NCBI GenBank assembly: GCA_038205925.1
Contig: JBBRBJ010000006.1
Span: 246 to 64,245 of the forward strand
Source of the DNA: Rhodobacterales bacterium
Lineage (GTDB): Bacteria > Pseudomonadota > Alphaproteobacteria > Rhodobacterales > Rhodobacteraceae
Direction: 5' to 3'
DNA: 64,000 bases
This document shows, piece by piece, positions 35,274 through 46,688 of the stretch (positions within the stretch are counted from its first letter, which is position 1; every line of letters starts with the position of its first letter). The notes beneath the pieces are model-generated. The model was given only the letters and a program-made list of their open reading frames with translations. It was not told where the DNA came from and did not search any database. The position numbers were made by a program, and so were the translations under genes.

Positions 35274-37115
35274 ATGTCACAGACCCCCCCGCCCGATACG
35301 CTGGCTGTCGAACGTCCAGGAACCAACCTTCAGACCATTTCCCGCGTGATCCCCTACCTCTGGCCAGACGGACAGGGATGGGTCAAACGCCGGGTCGTCC
35401 TGTCGATGACCTTCCTTCTGATGGCAAAGCTGGTCTCGGTCGGCACGCCGTTTCTGTACAAGCAGGCGGTCGATGCGCTGGCGGGTGACACGCCCGACAC
35501 CGGCACCTTGCTTGCGTTGACGGCGGTTGGCCTGACGGTGGCCTATGGCATGGCGCGGTTGCTGCAGGTGGCGTTTCAGGAACTGCGCGACGCAGTCTTT
35601 GTGCGCGTAGGCCAACGCGCGCTGCGGCAACTGGCGCTTGAGACGTTCACCCACATCCACCGCCTGTCCCTGCGCTATCACATCACGCGCAAGACGGGCG
35701 GCCTCAGCCGGATCATCGAACGCGGGGTAAAGGGCGTCGATTTCCTGTTGCGGTTCATGCTGCTGTCGATCGGGCCGCTGATCCTTGAATTGACGATGGT
35801 GGCAATCATCTTTGCGCTGCTGTTTGGCTGGACATATTCAGTGGTCGTGATCGTGGTGATCAGCCTTTATGTGGCCTTCACATTCCGGGTCACCGAATGG
35901 CGCGTGGCCGTGCGGCGCGAAATGAACGCGCAAGACACCGACGCCAACCAGAAAGCCATCGACAGTCTGCTGAACTTCGAGACGGTCAAGTACTTCAACG
36001 CCGAAGGGCTGGAGGCAAACCGGTACGACGATGCGATGCAGCGCTATGAGGTGGCTGCGGTGAAAACCGGGCTCTCGCTGTCGTTCCTGAACATCGGTCA
36101 AAGCGTGCTGATCACGTCCGGTCTTGTGATCGTGATGGTGATGGCGGCGATGGGGGTGCAATCGGGCAAGCTGACCGTGGGCGATTTCGTGATGGTCAAT
36201 GCCTACATGATCCAGATCACCTTGCCGCTGAATTTCCTCGGCACCGTCTACCGCGAAATCCGGCAGGCGCTGGTTGACATGGCCGAGATGTTCGGCCTTT
36301 TGGGCCAGCCAGCCGAGGTCAAGGACAAGCCCGGCGCGCCGGATCTGGCCGTCAGCCGAGGCGAAGTCGTGTTTGACAACGTGCGCTTTGATTATGACCC
36401 GGCGCGTCCCATCCTGAAAGGCGTCAGCTTCACAGTGGCACCGGGGCAGAAGGTGGCACTTGTGGGGCCGTCAGGGTCGGGCAAATCCACCATCGCGCGG
36501 CTGCTGTTCCGGTTCTACGATGTGACCGGGGGCGCGATCCGGATAGATGGTCAGGATTTGCGCGACGTGACCCAAGGGTCGATCCACGGGGCCATTGGCG
36601 TGGTGCCGCAGGATACGGTTCTGTTCAACGATACGGTCTATTACAACATCGCCTACGGCCGTCAGGGCGCCAGCCGCGACGAGGTCGAGGCGGCGGCACG
36701 GGCGGCACGGATCCACGATTTCATCACCTCGCTGCCCGAAGGGTATGAAACCACCGTGGGCGAGCGGGGGCTGAAACTGTCGGGCGGCGAGAAGCAGCGC
36801 GTCGGCATCGCACGCACGCTGTTGAAGAACCCGCCGATCCTTATTCTGGATGAGGCAACGTCGGCACTGGACACCCAGACCGAGCAGGACATTCAGGAAA
36901 GCCTTGAGCGGATGGGCGAGGGGCGGTCGGTCATCACCATCGCGCACCGGCTGTCGACGATTGCCGATGCCGATCAGATCATCGTCCTTGAAGCGGGCGA
37001 GATCGTCGAGCGCGGCACGCATGAGGCGCTGCTGTCCAATGGCGGACGCTACTTTGCAATGTGGGCGCGCCAATCGGCGGAAGAGGATGACACGGACGCA
37101 GACGCAGCGGCCTGA
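35274..37115 (+). CDS. Atm1/ABCB7-like ABC exporter (fused TMD-NBD)
   Basis: RKTGGLSRIIERG, DSLLNFETVKYF, LNFLGTVYRE, GERGLKLSGGEKQR. Confidence 0.9.
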   Translation: MSQTPPPDTLAVERPGTNLQTISRVIPYLWPDGQGWVKRRVVLSMTFLLMAKLVSVGTPFLYKQAVDALAGDTPDTGTLLALTAVGLTVAYGMARLLQVAFQELRDAVFVRVGQRALRQLALETFTHIHRLSLRYHITRKTGGLSRIIERGVKGVDFLLRFMLLSIGPLILELTMVAIIFALLFGWTYSVVVIVVISLYVAFTFRVTEWRVAVRREMNAQDTDANQKAIDSLLNFETVKYFNAEGLEANRYDDAMQRYEVAAVKTGLSLSFLNIGQSVLITSGLVIVMVMAAMGVQSGKLTVGDFVMVNAYMIQITLPLNFLGTVYREIRQALVDMAEMFGLLGQPAEVKDKPGAPDLAVSRGEVVFDNVRFDYDPARPILKGVSFTVAPGQKVALVGPSGSGKSTIARLLFRFYDVTGGAIRIDGQDLRDVTQGSIHGAIGVVPQDTVLFNDTVYYNIAYGRQGASRDEVEAAARAARIHDFITSLPEGYETTVGERGLKLSGGEKQRVGIARTLLKNPPILILDEATSALDTQTEQDIQESLERMGEGRSVITIAHRLSTIADADQIIVLEAGEIVERGTHEALLSNGGRYFAMWARQSAEEDDTDADAAA

Positions 37116-37126
37116 CGCCCGGTCGC

Positions 37127-40100
37127 CTATTCTGCAGCCGTGGGATGCCGTGGCGCTCCTTGCACGGGGGTTACCAGCGCAGGCCTGGCGAGCGGTCGGG
37201 CGGGCTCTTCTTCAAGCCACTGGATCACCGGGCTTTGCACCCGCCTGGCCGCGCGCTTCAGTGCAATGTCGCGGGCCATTGCGCTGTCCTTGCCGCGCGC
37301 CAGCGCCGCCAGCCCCGCCCATCCGCGATAGGCCCCGGCCCAGAACCAGACGCGCAGCGCGAGCAGCGCAGGCGTCAGCACCAGTGTCAGTATCGTGGCA
37401 CTGCCCAGACCAAAGACAACCGCCGTGGCCAGTTGCTTCCACCACAGCGCCGACGGGCTGTCGATCGTGTAGCCGCCCCCGACAAAGTTGACCGACAGGC
37501 CGAACATCATCGGTGCCAAACCTGCCATTGTGGTGATCGTGGTCAGCAGAACCGGGCGCAGGCGCTGTTCTGCGGTGCGGCTGATCGCTTCGAGTTTCGG
37601 CATGTAGCGGCTGAATTCCTGATAGGTGTCGATCAGGATGATGTTGTTGTTCACCACGATACCGGCCAGTGCCACGATGCCGGTGCCCGTCATGATGATT
37701 GAAAACGTCTGATCCATCACCAGCATCCCCACCAGCACGCCAGCGGTCGACAAGATCACTGCGAGCAACACCAGCACTGCGTTGTAGACCGAGTTGAATT
37801 GCGCAAGCAGGATGATGAACATCAACCCCAGCGCGCCAGCAAAGGCCTTGGCAAGAAAGGCGCCGCTTTCGGCCTGATCCTCCTGATCGCCGGTAAACGC
37901 CCAGGTCACGCCTGCGGGCAAGGGGGTGGCGCTCAGCCATGCGGTCAGATCCTCGATCCGTTCGGTAGCGGTGATGGGGGTGCCATCATCGCGCACAAGA
38001 CCTTCGGTCACGCCCGCCTGAATGGTATACACGCGCTCTTCGTTGACGCGGTCGATCTGGCCCAGTTTGGGTACGGGCGTGCGCGTCACGAAGTTTGACA
38101 ACGGCACAAGGCCGGTTTCGGTGCGGACTTTCAGTGTGTCGAGCGTGGACAGAACCCGGTCCTTTTCGGGCAGGCGCACGCGGATCTCGATTTCTTCATC
38201 CGAACTGGGCACGCGCATGGTGTCCAGCATCACGCCGCGCGTGACCAGTTGCACCATGCCGCCCACGGTGGCCACATCGGCGCCAAAGCGGCCCGCAGCC
38301 GCGGTGTCGACGGTAATCTGCCAGTCGATTCCGGGCAGGGGGCGCGTGTCCTCGATGCCCGTGATGCCGGTCATGCCCTCCAGCCGCGTGCGGACCTGTT
38401 CCACCGCGCGGCCCATTGCATCGAAATCATTGCCCGACAGGCGCAGTTGAATGGGCTTGCCCGAGGCCGGGCCCGAGGCTTCGGACAGCACTTCGATTTT
38501 GATGCCGGGCAGGGATTGCAGCTTGGCCGTCACGTCCGCGATGATCCGGTCACCGCCAAGAGCGGGGTTTCCGCTGCGGTCTTCCCAAGGGGTCAGTTCC
38601 AACTGGATCTGGCCCACGGTGTCGCGCGGGGCCTGTGCGCCACCGGTGTTGCTGTTCAGCCCGCCCGCGCCCGCAAACGCAAAGGTCGAGGCGATGCCGG
38701 GGGTGCCGATCACGCGCAACTCGGCCTGCCGCAACAACGCGTCCTTTTCAATCAAAGACAGGTTGCCGCGCGCCTGCACATAGACAATCGCCTGCTCGGG
38801 TTCGGTCTTGACGAAGAATTCGACGCCCTTGCCATGGGTGGAATAATAGCCAAAGACCACGACCACAAAGGCGATCACCGCGCCGATAGTGACCAGCGGC
38901 ATCACCGGGTTTCCGGTCAGCATCCGGGTCAGGCGGCCAAAGGGGCTGGGGCGATAACCCGACACGACCGGGGCGCGGCGGCGTGGTTTGGCCGCCTCAA
39001 GTGTGATCGAGGCAGCAAGCCCCCCGGCAATCGCCAGCGCCAGCCCCGGTGCCAGGCCCGAAATTCCCGGCGCAGGCGGCGCCAGCAGCAGGAACACGCC
39101 CGAGAACAGCAGCGCAAGTGCTATCAGAACCAGACCTGCGCGCACACCCCACGGCAGCGGTAGAAGCCGGTCTGCGATCCGTTCAAGCATCCGCGTCACG
39201 CGGCCCGCGACCCCGCCCATCACCGGCACATAGACGAGCGCCACCAGCAAGGAGGCCGACAGCACGAAGATCAGCGTGATGGGCAGCATTCCCATGAATT
39301 CACCCGCAACACCGGGCCAGAACAGCATCGGAAGGAATGCGCAGAGCGTGGTCGCGGTGGACGAGACGATGGGCCAGAACATCCGCTTTGCGGCCTCGGT
39401 ATAGGCGGCCATCGGGCCTGACCCTTCGGAAATGCGCTTGTCGGCATATTCCACCACCACGATCCCGCCATCGACCAGCATCCCCACGGCAAGGATCAGG
39501 CCGAACATCACGATGTTGGACACCGATATGCCCAGCACGGCAAAGAATGCAAAGGTCAAAAGAAACGTCGTGGGGATTGAAAACCCCACAAGCAGCGCCG
39601 AGCGTGTGCCAAGGGCCGCCAGCACCACAACCATCACCAGCGCGATGGCAGTCAGAACTGCCCCTTCAAGCTGCTGGACCATGCCCTCGACACTGGTCGA
39701 GCGGTCCAGTGACGCCGATACCGTCACGCCCCGGCGCAATTCGTCGGGCCATTTGGCCACTTCGCTGTCGACCAGACTGCGTACCAGGGTGACCGTGTCG
39801 ATCAGGTTGAACCCCTTGCGCTTGACCACCTGAATGGCGAGCGTCGGCTCGCCATTGTAACGCGCGGTGCCTTGCGGGTCCTCGAACGTCAGGCGGATGT
39901 CGGCCAGATCGCCAAGGGTGATCTGACGGTCACCGTTCACCTTGACAGGCAGGCTGTAGACATCGGCGGGTTTGGTGAAACTGGCGGGCAGTTTTACGGC
40001 AAAAGCGCTGCTGGGGGTTTCCACTTCGCCCGCGGCGATCAACTGGTTGTTGCGCGTCACGACCGAAATCAACTCACCCGCCGTCACGTTGTACGCCTCA

Positions 40101-40675
40101 AGCCGCAAGGGATCTATCTGCACTTCGAGCATTTCGTTGCGGGCGCCCGAAAGTTCCGCCTTCAGCACCGGCTCCAGTGCACCGATCTTTGATTGCAGAT
40201 CCTTGGCGGCCCGCAACAGCGTGCGCTCGGGGATGCTGCCAGACAGCGCGATCACCAGAATGGGAAACTCGCTGAAATTGATCTCGTTGACCGAATACTT
40301 GTCGGCGCCTGCGGGAAACTTGGCCTCGGCAGTGTTCATGCGGTCGCGCACATCGGCGATGATCTTGGTCTTGTCCCAACCGAACGCGAATTCCAGCGCC
40401 ACACCGCCATAGCCTTCGGACGCGGTGCCGGTTACGGTTTTCAGGCCGTCAAGCCCCGACAACTCTTGCTCCATGACTTTGACAAGCAAGGTTTCGCTGT
40501 CGGCTGCCGAGATGCCGGGAAAGGGCACGGACACGAACAGGGCGGGGATGTCGATGTCGGGCTCGCCCTCTTTGGGCAGGGTGGAGTAGGCCAGCACGCC
40601 GGCAGCAAGCGACAGCAGGATGAAGGCCACAACCATGCGGGCCCGGGCGGCGGCCCAGTCGATGATGCCGATCAT
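37127..40675 (-). CDS. RND efflux permease (AcrB/MdtB-like)
   Basis: GMLVDGGIVVVE, GIVVNNNIILID, RLRPVLLTTITT. Confidence 0.92.
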   Translation of the reverse strand: MIGIIDWAAARARMVVAFILLSLAAGVLAYSTLPKEGEPDIDIPALFVSVPFPGISAADSETLLVKVMEQELSGLDGLKTVTGTASEGYGGVALEFAFGWDKTKIIADVRDRMNTAEAKFPAGADKYSVNEINFSEFPILVIALSGSIPERTLLRAAKDLQSKIGALEPVLKAELSGARNEMLEVQIDPLRLEAYNVTAGELISVVTRNNQLIAAGEVETPSSAFAVKLPASFTKPADVYSLPVKVNGDRQITLGDLADIRLTFEDPQGTARYNGEPTLAIQVVKRKGFNLIDTVTLVRSLVDSEVAKWPDELRRGVTVSASLDRSTSVEGMVQQLEGAVLTAIALVMVVVLAALGTRSALLVGFSIPTTFLLTFAFFAVLGISVSNIVMFGLILAVGMLVDGGIVVVEYADKRISEGSGPMAAYTEAAKRMFWPIVSSTATTLCAFLPMLFWPGVAGEFMGMLPITLIFVLSASLLVALVYVPVMGGVAGRVTRMLERIADRLLPLPWGVRAGLVLIALALLFSGVFLLLAPPAPGISGLAPGLALAIAGGLAASITLEAAKPRRRAPVVSGYRPSPFGRLTRMLTGNPVMPLVTIGAVIAFVVVVFGYYSTHGKGVEFFVKTEPEQAIVYVQARGNLSLIEKDALLRQAELRVIGTPGIASTFAFAGAGGLNSNTGGAQAPRDTVGQIQLELTPWEDRSGNPALGGDRIIADVTAKLQSLPGIKIEVLSEASGPASGKPIQLRLSGNDFDAMGRAVEQVRTRLEGMTGITGIEDTRPLPGIDWQITVDTAAAGRFGADVATVGGMVQLVTRGVMLDTMRVPSSDEEIEIRVRLPEKDRVLSTLDTLKVRTETGLVPLSNFVTRTPVPKLGQIDRVNEERVYTIQAGVTEGLVRDDGTPITATERIEDLTAWLSATPLPAGVTWAFTGDQEDQAESGAFLAKAFAGALGLMFIILLAQFNSVYNAVLVLLAVILSTAGVLVGMLVMDQTFSIIMTGTGIVALAGIVVNNNIILIDTYQEFSRYMPKLEAISRTAEQRLRPVLLTTITTMAGLAPMMFGLSVNFVGGGYTIDSPSALWWKQLATAVVFGLGSATILTLVLTPALLALRVWFWAGAYRGWAGLAALARGKDSAMARDIALKRAARRVQSPVIQWLEEEPARPLARPALVTPVQGAPRHPTAAE

Positions 40676-41829
40676 GGCGTGTCTCCCTGAATGGTCACGC
40701 TCACCAGCGAGCCGTCGGTGACATAATCCTGACCAACGACGATCACGTCCGCTTCGGGCGGCAAGCCGGTAACGAGCACGCCGTCAACCGTGTCGCGCAG
40801 CAGCGTAACCGGGGCAAACGCGGCGCGGCCCTGAACCGCAAGGCGCAGGCCCATATCGCCCGTATCATTCAGCGTCAGCGCCGAGCCCGGGATCAGATGG
40901 GCCATCACGCTTTCTGCCGAGACAAGCATCTCGGCCGTCTGCCCGTCACGGAGTGCAAGATCGGCATTGGGCACCGTTACCTCGACCCGGAAGGTGCGCG
41001 TGGCCAGATCGGCCGAGCGCGACAGAAACGTCACGCGCCCCGCCACCTCGCGGCCCGACACTAGCCTCGCCCCCGCAACGGCACCCACGGATATGCGGTC
41101 GACATCGGCCTCGGCGACAAAGCCGACGATCTTGATGGGGTCCAGCTGGATCACGGTGGCACAAGGACTGCCGGTTTGCAAAAGCGCGCCCAGTTCCGCC
41201 GTGTCGGTTTCCAGAAGACCCTCAAACGGGGCGGATATGGTCAGTTTGTCGCGGTCCGCCTTACTGCGGGCCACACCCGCTGCGGCAGCCTCAAGCCCCG
41301 CACGCGCGGTTTCCAGCGCCGAGACGCTGGCAACGCGCCGGGTCTGCGAGGCAAAGCCGCCTTCGGTCAGCCGCTCGGCGGTTTCGGCATTTATCGTGGC
41401 CTCGCGCAGTGCAGCCTCGGCCCCGGCAAGACGGGCTTCGGCCTCGCTTGCCTCGGCGGCAAGGGTGCCGGGATCAAGCTGGCACAGCAACTGGCCTGCG
41501 GGCACGAACGCACCCTTTCGCAGCGGGTCCGAAATCACCCGGCCCGTCACCTCGGCCCGCACCTCGACCTGACGCGCGGCCTCGGTGCGGCCACGGGCAA
41601 GAACGGCATTCTGAACCGCCGCCGCCGTCGAGCGCAGAACCACCACCGACGCCGCGCCCGAAGCCACCGCCGTGTCTGTGCCGTTGTCGGCTGTGGCGTC
41701 CATTTCGTTGTCGGTGTTCTCAACCGAGGTCTGGTCTGCGGTCAGAGCCATCAGCCGGTCGCGTTCGAAAACGGCGACATAAAGCACGGCACCCACGGCC
41801 AGCGCGGTCAAAGGGGGAAGCAGGCGCAT
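40672..41829 (-). CDS. RND periplasmic adaptor (membrane fusion protein)
   Basis: lipoyl/hairpin pattern, TISAPFEG, TRTFRVEV; overlaps the permease start. Confidence 0.9.
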   Translation of the reverse strand: MRLLPPLTALAVGAVLYVAVFERDRLMALTADQTSVENTDNEMDATADNGTDTAVASGAASVVVLRSTAAAVQNAVLARGRTEAARQVEVRAEVTGRVISDPLRKGAFVPAGQLLCQLDPGTLAAEASEAEARLAGAEAALREATINAETAERLTEGGFASQTRRVASVSALETARAGLEAAAAGVARSKADRDKLTISAPFEGLLETDTAELGALLQTGSPCATVIQLDPIKIVGFVAEADVDRISVGAVAGARLVSGREVAGRVTFLSRSADLATRTFRVEVTVPNADLALRDGQTAEMLVSAESVMAHLIPGSALTLNDTGDMGLRLAVQGRAAFAPVTLLRDTVDGVLVTGLPPEADVIVVGQDYVTDGSLVSVTIQGDTP

Positions 41830-42107
41830 CGCGGATCCTTGTGCGGCGAAAAAGACGGGGTGCAGTCTTGAAAGATAATGTATTGCGGGCAGACCACAAG
41901 ACATTGCTGCCCCGTACGGGCGTGGCGCAGGTGGCGCGTTACCCGGTCATCCGACATTTACGGCGTAAGTTCAGGGGCGGCAAGGCAGGCTATTCCCTAC
42001 CTTGCGCGTCGACGATTGCGCCGGTCACGGTCCCGGGGCTTGGCAAGTGCTTGTGCTTGCGTGTAAGACAAGCCAAGAGCAAAAGTTGCAGTGAAAGCCC
42101 GACCGAC

Positions 42108-42767
42108 GTGAGCAACCCTGAGAGTTTCATCGACGAAGTCACGGAAGAAGTGCGCCGCGACCGGCTGTTTGCCGTCTTTCGCAAGTATGGCTGGATAGGC
42201 GCTGTCATTGTGTTGGGGGTTGTGGGCGGCACAGCCTGGCGCGAATGGTCCCGCGCGAGTGAGGCTGCGCGCGCGCAAACCTTTGGCGACGGGGTGATGA
42301 GCGCGCTGGAGCAAGGCGCGCCCGATGACCGGCGCGCGGCCATTGCGGCATTGCCAGCAGATGGCGGGCAGGTGGCGCTGTTGCAGTTGCTGCTGGCCTC
42401 AGACCCGGGTGAAGACCGCGCGGGGACACTTGCTGCACTGGACGCGCTGGCGGCGGATTCAACCCAGCCCCAAAGTTACCGCGATCTTGCCAGTTTGCGT
42501 CGCACGATCCTTGCCGGGGCCGAAATGCCGCTGGCCGACCGGCGCGCGGCGCTTGAGGTGATGGCCACACCGGGCCGTGCCTTTCGCACGCTGGCACACG
42601 AACAACTTGCCTATCTGCTGGTCGAAGAAGGCAAGACCGATGCGGCGATCACCGCTCTGCAGGCCCTGACCACCGATCAGGAAGCGCCCGCAGGACTGCG
42701 GCGCCGGGCTGAACAAATGATCACGGCCCTGGGCGGGACGCCTGTCGCGCCAGCCGATGCCGGATAA
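42108..42767 (+). CDS. YfgM-like/TPR membrane-anchored protein (GTG start)
   Basis: ESFIDEVTEEVRRDR then TM; typical gene upstream of the bamB-der pair. Confidence 0.8.
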   Translation: MSNPESFIDEVTEEVRRDRLFAVFRKYGWIGAVIVLGVVGGTAWREWSRASEAARAQTFGDGVMSALEQGAPDDRRAAIAALPADGGQVALLQLLLASDPGEDRAGTLAALDALAADSTQPQSYRDLASLRRTILAGAEMPLADRRAALEVMATPGRAFRTLAHEQLAYLLVEEGKTDAAITALQALTTDQEAPAGLRRRAEQMITALGGTPVAPADAG

Positions 42768-42819
42768 GGCCGCCTTTTCTGGTGGTCGGGAAAAACTTAG
42801 GGGCAGGGGGCCTTTTCGG

Positions 42820-44181
42820 GTGAACACGCTGGGAAAGCTGAAGCTGAACGTCGGTCTGACCGCCCTTGCTGCGGCGCTGCTGCTGGCGGGATGTGAGCGC
42901 CCGTTGATCTTGCCGGGCGAGCGGTTTGCCGTACGCACCGACCTTGACGCCTCGATCCCGAAAGAGGGCGAGGCCGCCCCCAGGGCCCCCGCAGACCGCC
43001 CCGAAAACCAAAGCGTGCCGATCTCGCTTCCCGCAGCTTCGGCCAATCCCGAGTGGACGCACCGTGGCGGCAATGCGCGCCACACCTCGCCGCATGGCGT
43101 GCTGTCGGCGGTCCCGCAACGGGTGTGGAGTGCCAACATCGGCAGCGGGTCCAGCCGCAAGAATCGCATATCGACTTCGCCCGTCGTTGCAGGTGGGCGG
43201 GTGTTCACGATCGACGCGCGTGCGCTGGTAGTGGCAACGGCGACCAATGGCGCAACCGCCTGGCAGACCGACCTTACGGCAGGCTTTGACCGGGGGGGCA
43301 ATATTTCTGGCGGCGGTCTTGCAGTGGGCGGCAACACTCTTTTTGCAGCGACTGGCTATGGCGAGTTGGTGGCGATGAATGCCGTATCCGGCGCCGTGAT
43401 CTGGCGCCAGCGGCTGGGCAGTCCGGTTTCGGGCGCGCCTTCGGTGGACGGCGGCACTGTGTACGTCACGACAAACGATGGCGCGGGCTATGCCGTGAAC
43501 GCAGCCGATGGCAAGGTGCGCTGGACGGTTGAGGGCGCGCCGGGGGCGACATCGCTCGTCGGGTCGGCCTCGCCTGCAATTTCGGACCGCACGGTGATCT
43601 TTCCGTTCAACAGCGGCGAACTTGTGTCGGCCCTGAAACTCAACGGAACCCGTGTCTGGGGCGCGCCGGTGACAGGGCAGCGTCTCGGCGTCGGCTACCA
43701 GAACCAGTCCGACATCACGGGGGATCCTGTGTTGATCGGCGGCACGATATACGCGGGAACCGCCGCAGGGCGTACAGCCGCGATTGACGCAGGTACCGGC
43801 GCGCGGATCTGGACCGCCGTGGAAGGCGCGCTGAGTGCGCCGCTTGTCGTCGGGGGATCGGTCTTCGTGGTCAATGATCAAGGCATGCTGGTGCGCATGG
43901 ACGCAGGCAGCGGAACTGTGATCTGGCAGGCCGACATGCCCTATTTCGTCAACGAAAAGCCCAAGCGGCGCAAGGCCATCTATGCCCATTTCGGGCCGGT
44001 TCTCGCGGGCGGGCGCATCGTCGTCGCCTCGTCCGACGGGGTGCTGCGGGTGTTCAACCCTGCCGACGGCAGGTTGCTGGCGACAGCCGATATTCCCGGC
44101 GGTGCTGCGGCAGCCCCGGCCCTTGCGGGCGGGGTTCTCTATGTGGTGGGCCGCAACGGGCAACTTCACGCTTTCCGCTAA
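42820..44181 (+). CDS. PQQ-type beta-propeller lipoprotein (BamB-like)
   Basis: lipobox LLLAGC; repeated A.DG..(R)W propeller blades; upstream of der. Confidence 0.85.
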   Translation: MNTLGKLKLNVGLTALAAALLLAGCERPLILPGERFAVRTDLDASIPKEGEAAPRAPADRPENQSVPISLPAASANPEWTHRGGNARHTSPHGVLSAVPQRVWSANIGSGSSRKNRISTSPVVAGGRVFTIDARALVVATATNGATAWQTDLTAGFDRGGNISGGGLAVGGNTLFAATGYGELVAMNAVSGAVIWRQRLGSPVSGAPSVDGGTVYVTTNDGAGYAVNAADGKVRWTVEGAPGATSLVGSASPAISDRTVIFPFNSGELVSALKLNGTRVWGAPVTGQRLGVGYQNQSDITGDPVLIGGTIYAGTAAGRTAAIDAGTGARIWTAVEGALSAPLVVGGSVFVVNDQGMLVRMDAGSGTVIWQADMPYFVNEKPKRRKAIYAHFGPVLAGGRIVVASSDGVLRVFNPADGRLLATADIPGGAAAAPALAGGVLYVVGRNGQLHAFR

Positions 44182-44229
44182 GGGCAATCCCCTGTAAGGG
44201 AACCTCTTGACGGACATCGGATCAGTGAC

Positions 44230-45699
44230 ATGAGCTTTACCCTCGCCATCGTAGGGCGCCCCAATGTGGGCAAATCCACGCTTTTCAACCGCCTTGTGGG
44301 ACGCAAGCTGGCGCTGGTCGATGACCAACCCGGTGTCACGCGTGACCTGCGTGAGGGGGATGCCAAACTTTATGACCTGCGCTTTACGGTGATCGACACG
44401 GCAGGGCTGGAGGAGGTTACCGACGACAGTTTGCAGGGGCGGATGCGGCGCCTGACCGAGCGGGCCGTTGATATGGCCGACATCTGCCTGTTCCTGATCG
44501 ACGGGCGGGCGGGGGTAAATCCGTCGGACGAGGTTTTTGCCGACATCCTGCGCAAGAAGGCCGCGCGCGTGATCCTGGGCGTGAACAAGGCCGAGGGCAA
44601 GGCGGGCGACGATGGCGCGCTTGAGGCGTGGAGCCTTGGTCTGGGTGAGCCGCTGCGACTGTCGGCCGAGCATGGCGAAGGCATGGATGACCTCTACCGG
44701 ATGCTCAAACCGCTTGAGGGCGAGTTTGCCGAGCGTGAGGCCGAGAACATGCCGCTGGTGGACGTTGATCTGTCCGAGGAAGAGGCCGAGACCGAAGGCA
44801 CCGAGAACGCCCATTGGCCGACCGTGAAAAAGCCGTTGCAGATTGCGGTGATCGGACGGCCGAATGCCGGAAAATCGACCCTTATCAACAAGATCATCGG
44901 CGAAGACCGGCTGCTGACAGGCCCCGAGGCCGGGATCACCCGCGACGCCATTTCGGTCAAGTCCGACTGGATGGGCACGCCGGTGCGCATCTTTGACACG
45001 GCTGGGATGCGGAAACGCGCGAAAGTCGTTGAAAAGCTGGAAAAACTCAGCGTGGCCGATGGCTTGCGCGCGGTCCGCTTTGCCGAAGTGGTCGTGGTCC
45101 TGCTCGATGTGGACATTCCGTTCGAGACGCAGGATCTGCGCATCGCAGACTATGCCGAGACCGAAGGCCGCGCGGTGGTACTGGCTGTCAACAAGTGGGA
45201 TCTTGAGGGCGAAAAGCAGGAAAAGCTGGCCGAACTGAAAGAGATGTTCGAGCGTCTTTTGCCGCAATTGCGCGGGGCACCGCTGGTTACCGTCTCGGCC
45301 AAGACGGGCCGGGGGCTTGACCGGTTGCACGATGCGATCCGGGCCGCGCATGACACGTGGAATCGCAGGATTGCGACGAACCGGCTGAACACATGGCTGG
45401 GTGCCATGGTCGAGGCGCACCCGCCACCAGCCCCTGGCGGACACCGCATCAAGCTGCGCTATATCACGCAGGTAAAGACGCGACCCCCGGGTTTTGTCAT
45501 CAAATGCTCGCGCCCGGATGAGCTGGCCGAAAGCTATAAACGCTATCTTGTGAACGGGTTGCGCGAACACTTTGACATGCCCGGAACACCAATCCGGTTG
45601 TTCTTTCGCAGTCAGGCGAATGACAATCCGTGGAAGGAACGCAAGTTCCACACCCCCAGCCGTTTGCGCAAGCATATGGCGAAGAACGTCGGAGACTAG
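44230..45699 (+). CDS. der: ribosome biogenesis GTPase Der/EngA
   Basis: two G domains GRPNVGKS / [12 protein letters not shown] motifs. Confidence 0.97.
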   Translation: MSFTLAIVGRPNVGKSTLFNRLVGRKLALVDDQPGVTRDLREGDAKLYDLRFTVIDTAGLEEVTDDSLQGRMRRLTERAVDMADICLFLIDGRAGVNPSDEVFADILRKKAARVILGVNKAEGKAGDDGALEAWSLGLGEPLRLSAEHGEGMDDLYRMLKPLEGEFAEREAENMPLVDVDLSEEEAETEGTENAHWPTVKKPLQIAVIGRPNAGKSTLINKIIGEDRLLTGPEAGITRDAISVKSDWMGTPVRIFDTAGMRKRAKVVEKLEKLSVADGLRAVRFAEVVVVLLDVDIPFETQDLRIADYAETEGRAVVLAVNKWDLEGEKQEKLAELKEMFERLLPQLRGAPLVTVSAKTGRGLDRLHDAIRAAHDTWNRRIATNRLNTWLGAMVEAHPPPAPGGHRIKLRYITQVKTRPPGFVIKCSRPDELAESYKRYLVNGLREHFDMPGTPIRLFFRSQANDNPWKERKFHTPSRLRKHMAKNVGD

Positions 45700-45773
45700 A
45701 ACCGCCCGTCACAGGCTTTTCATCGATCCAACGCCATGCTAGCACCCGCACCATACATACAGGAGACGCCGAA

Positions 45774-46196
45774 ATGGCCATCGAACGCACGCTTTCCATC
45801 ATCAAACCCGACGCCACCCGCCGCAATCTGACCGGCAAGATCAATGCCAAGTTCGAAGAAGCGGGTCTGCGCATCGTCGCGCAAAAGCGCGTCCATCTGT
45901 CGCTGGCACAGGCGGGCAAGTTCTACGAGGTTCACAAGGACCGCCCGTTCTTTGGCGAGCTGACCGAGTTCATGGCGTCCGAGCCGGTGGTCGTTCAGGT
46001 GCTGGAAGGCGAGGGCGCAATTGCAAAGAACCGCGAAGTGATGGGCGCCACCAACCCTGCCAATGCCGCCGACGGCACGATCCGCAAAGAGTTTGCCCTG
46101 TCCGTGGGCGAGAATTCGGTCCACGGATCGGACGCTCCGGACACGGCTGCCGAAGAGATCGCCTATTTCTTTGCTGGTCTTGAACTGGTCGGCTGA
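45774..46196 (+). CDS. ndk: nucleoside diphosphate kinase
   Basis: [21 protein letters not shown]. Confidence 0.97.
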   Translation: MAIERTLSIIKPDATRRNLTGKINAKFEEAGLRIVAQKRVHLSLAQAGKFYEVHKDRPFFGELTEFMASEPVVVQVLEGEGAIAKNREVMGATNPANAADGTIRKEFALSVGENSVHGSDAPDTAAEEIAYFFAGLELVG

Positions 46197-46252
46197 AAGT
46201 ACAAACGGCAAGATCCATTGCAGGGTTTTGCCGGTTCTTTCACGGTGCGCGG

Positions 46253-46591
46253 CTAACCGCGCTCGACCACACCGAAGAATTGCAGGGCTGCTTCCAGATC
46301 GGAGCGGCCCTTTTCCTTGGTGCCTGCCATCTCGGCCCTCAGGATGTCGAAGCGATTGCGCAGGGCCTTTTTCTCATCGCCCTTGCAGTCGTTCCACCGA
46401 CGGCCTTGCAGGCCCATGACCAGAACATAGTAGCCGATGAAATGGGCTTGCGTGCCTGACAGAAGCAGACGGCGATAGCCCTCATCCGCGCCAAGGGCGC
46501 GCAGATCGTCGGCCGTGTGGATACCTGCCTTGGCAAAGGCCGCTTCGGACGCGGGTCCGAGATTGGGGATGGAAGAGACAGGGTCTGCCAT
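46253..46591 (-). CDS. TfoX/Sxy C-terminal-domain protein
   Basis: IPNLGPASEAAFAKAGI...LRALGADEGY HhH-like pattern. Confidence 0.75.
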   Translation of the reverse strand: MADPVSSIPNLGPASEAAFAKAGIHTADDLRALGADEGYRRLLLSGTQAHFIGYYVLVMGLQGRRWNDCKGDEKKALRNRFDILRAEMAGTKEKGRSDLEAALQFFGVVERG

Positions 46592-46688
46592 AACGAGAGC
46601 CTTGCGAGACGAATCATACCGTCTAACGGTGGTAGCCGTCTCTGCCTGGATCAAGCCCGATCTTTCGACGTCTGACCTTCTTCAAGTC

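Noticed and set aside
41409-42107. Long N-terminal extensions in the ORF track (also 32839, 50190, 1908, 61971)
   Set aside because: They overlap neighbouring genes or promoters; downstream starts match the family N-termini
42721-45675. 984-aa minus-strand ORF (also 3785-5242, 4827-6371, 7594-8871, 55869-57608, 59850-61121 and similar)
   Set aside because: Antisense shadows of well-supported genes, typical of high-GC codon bias; no recognisable motifs
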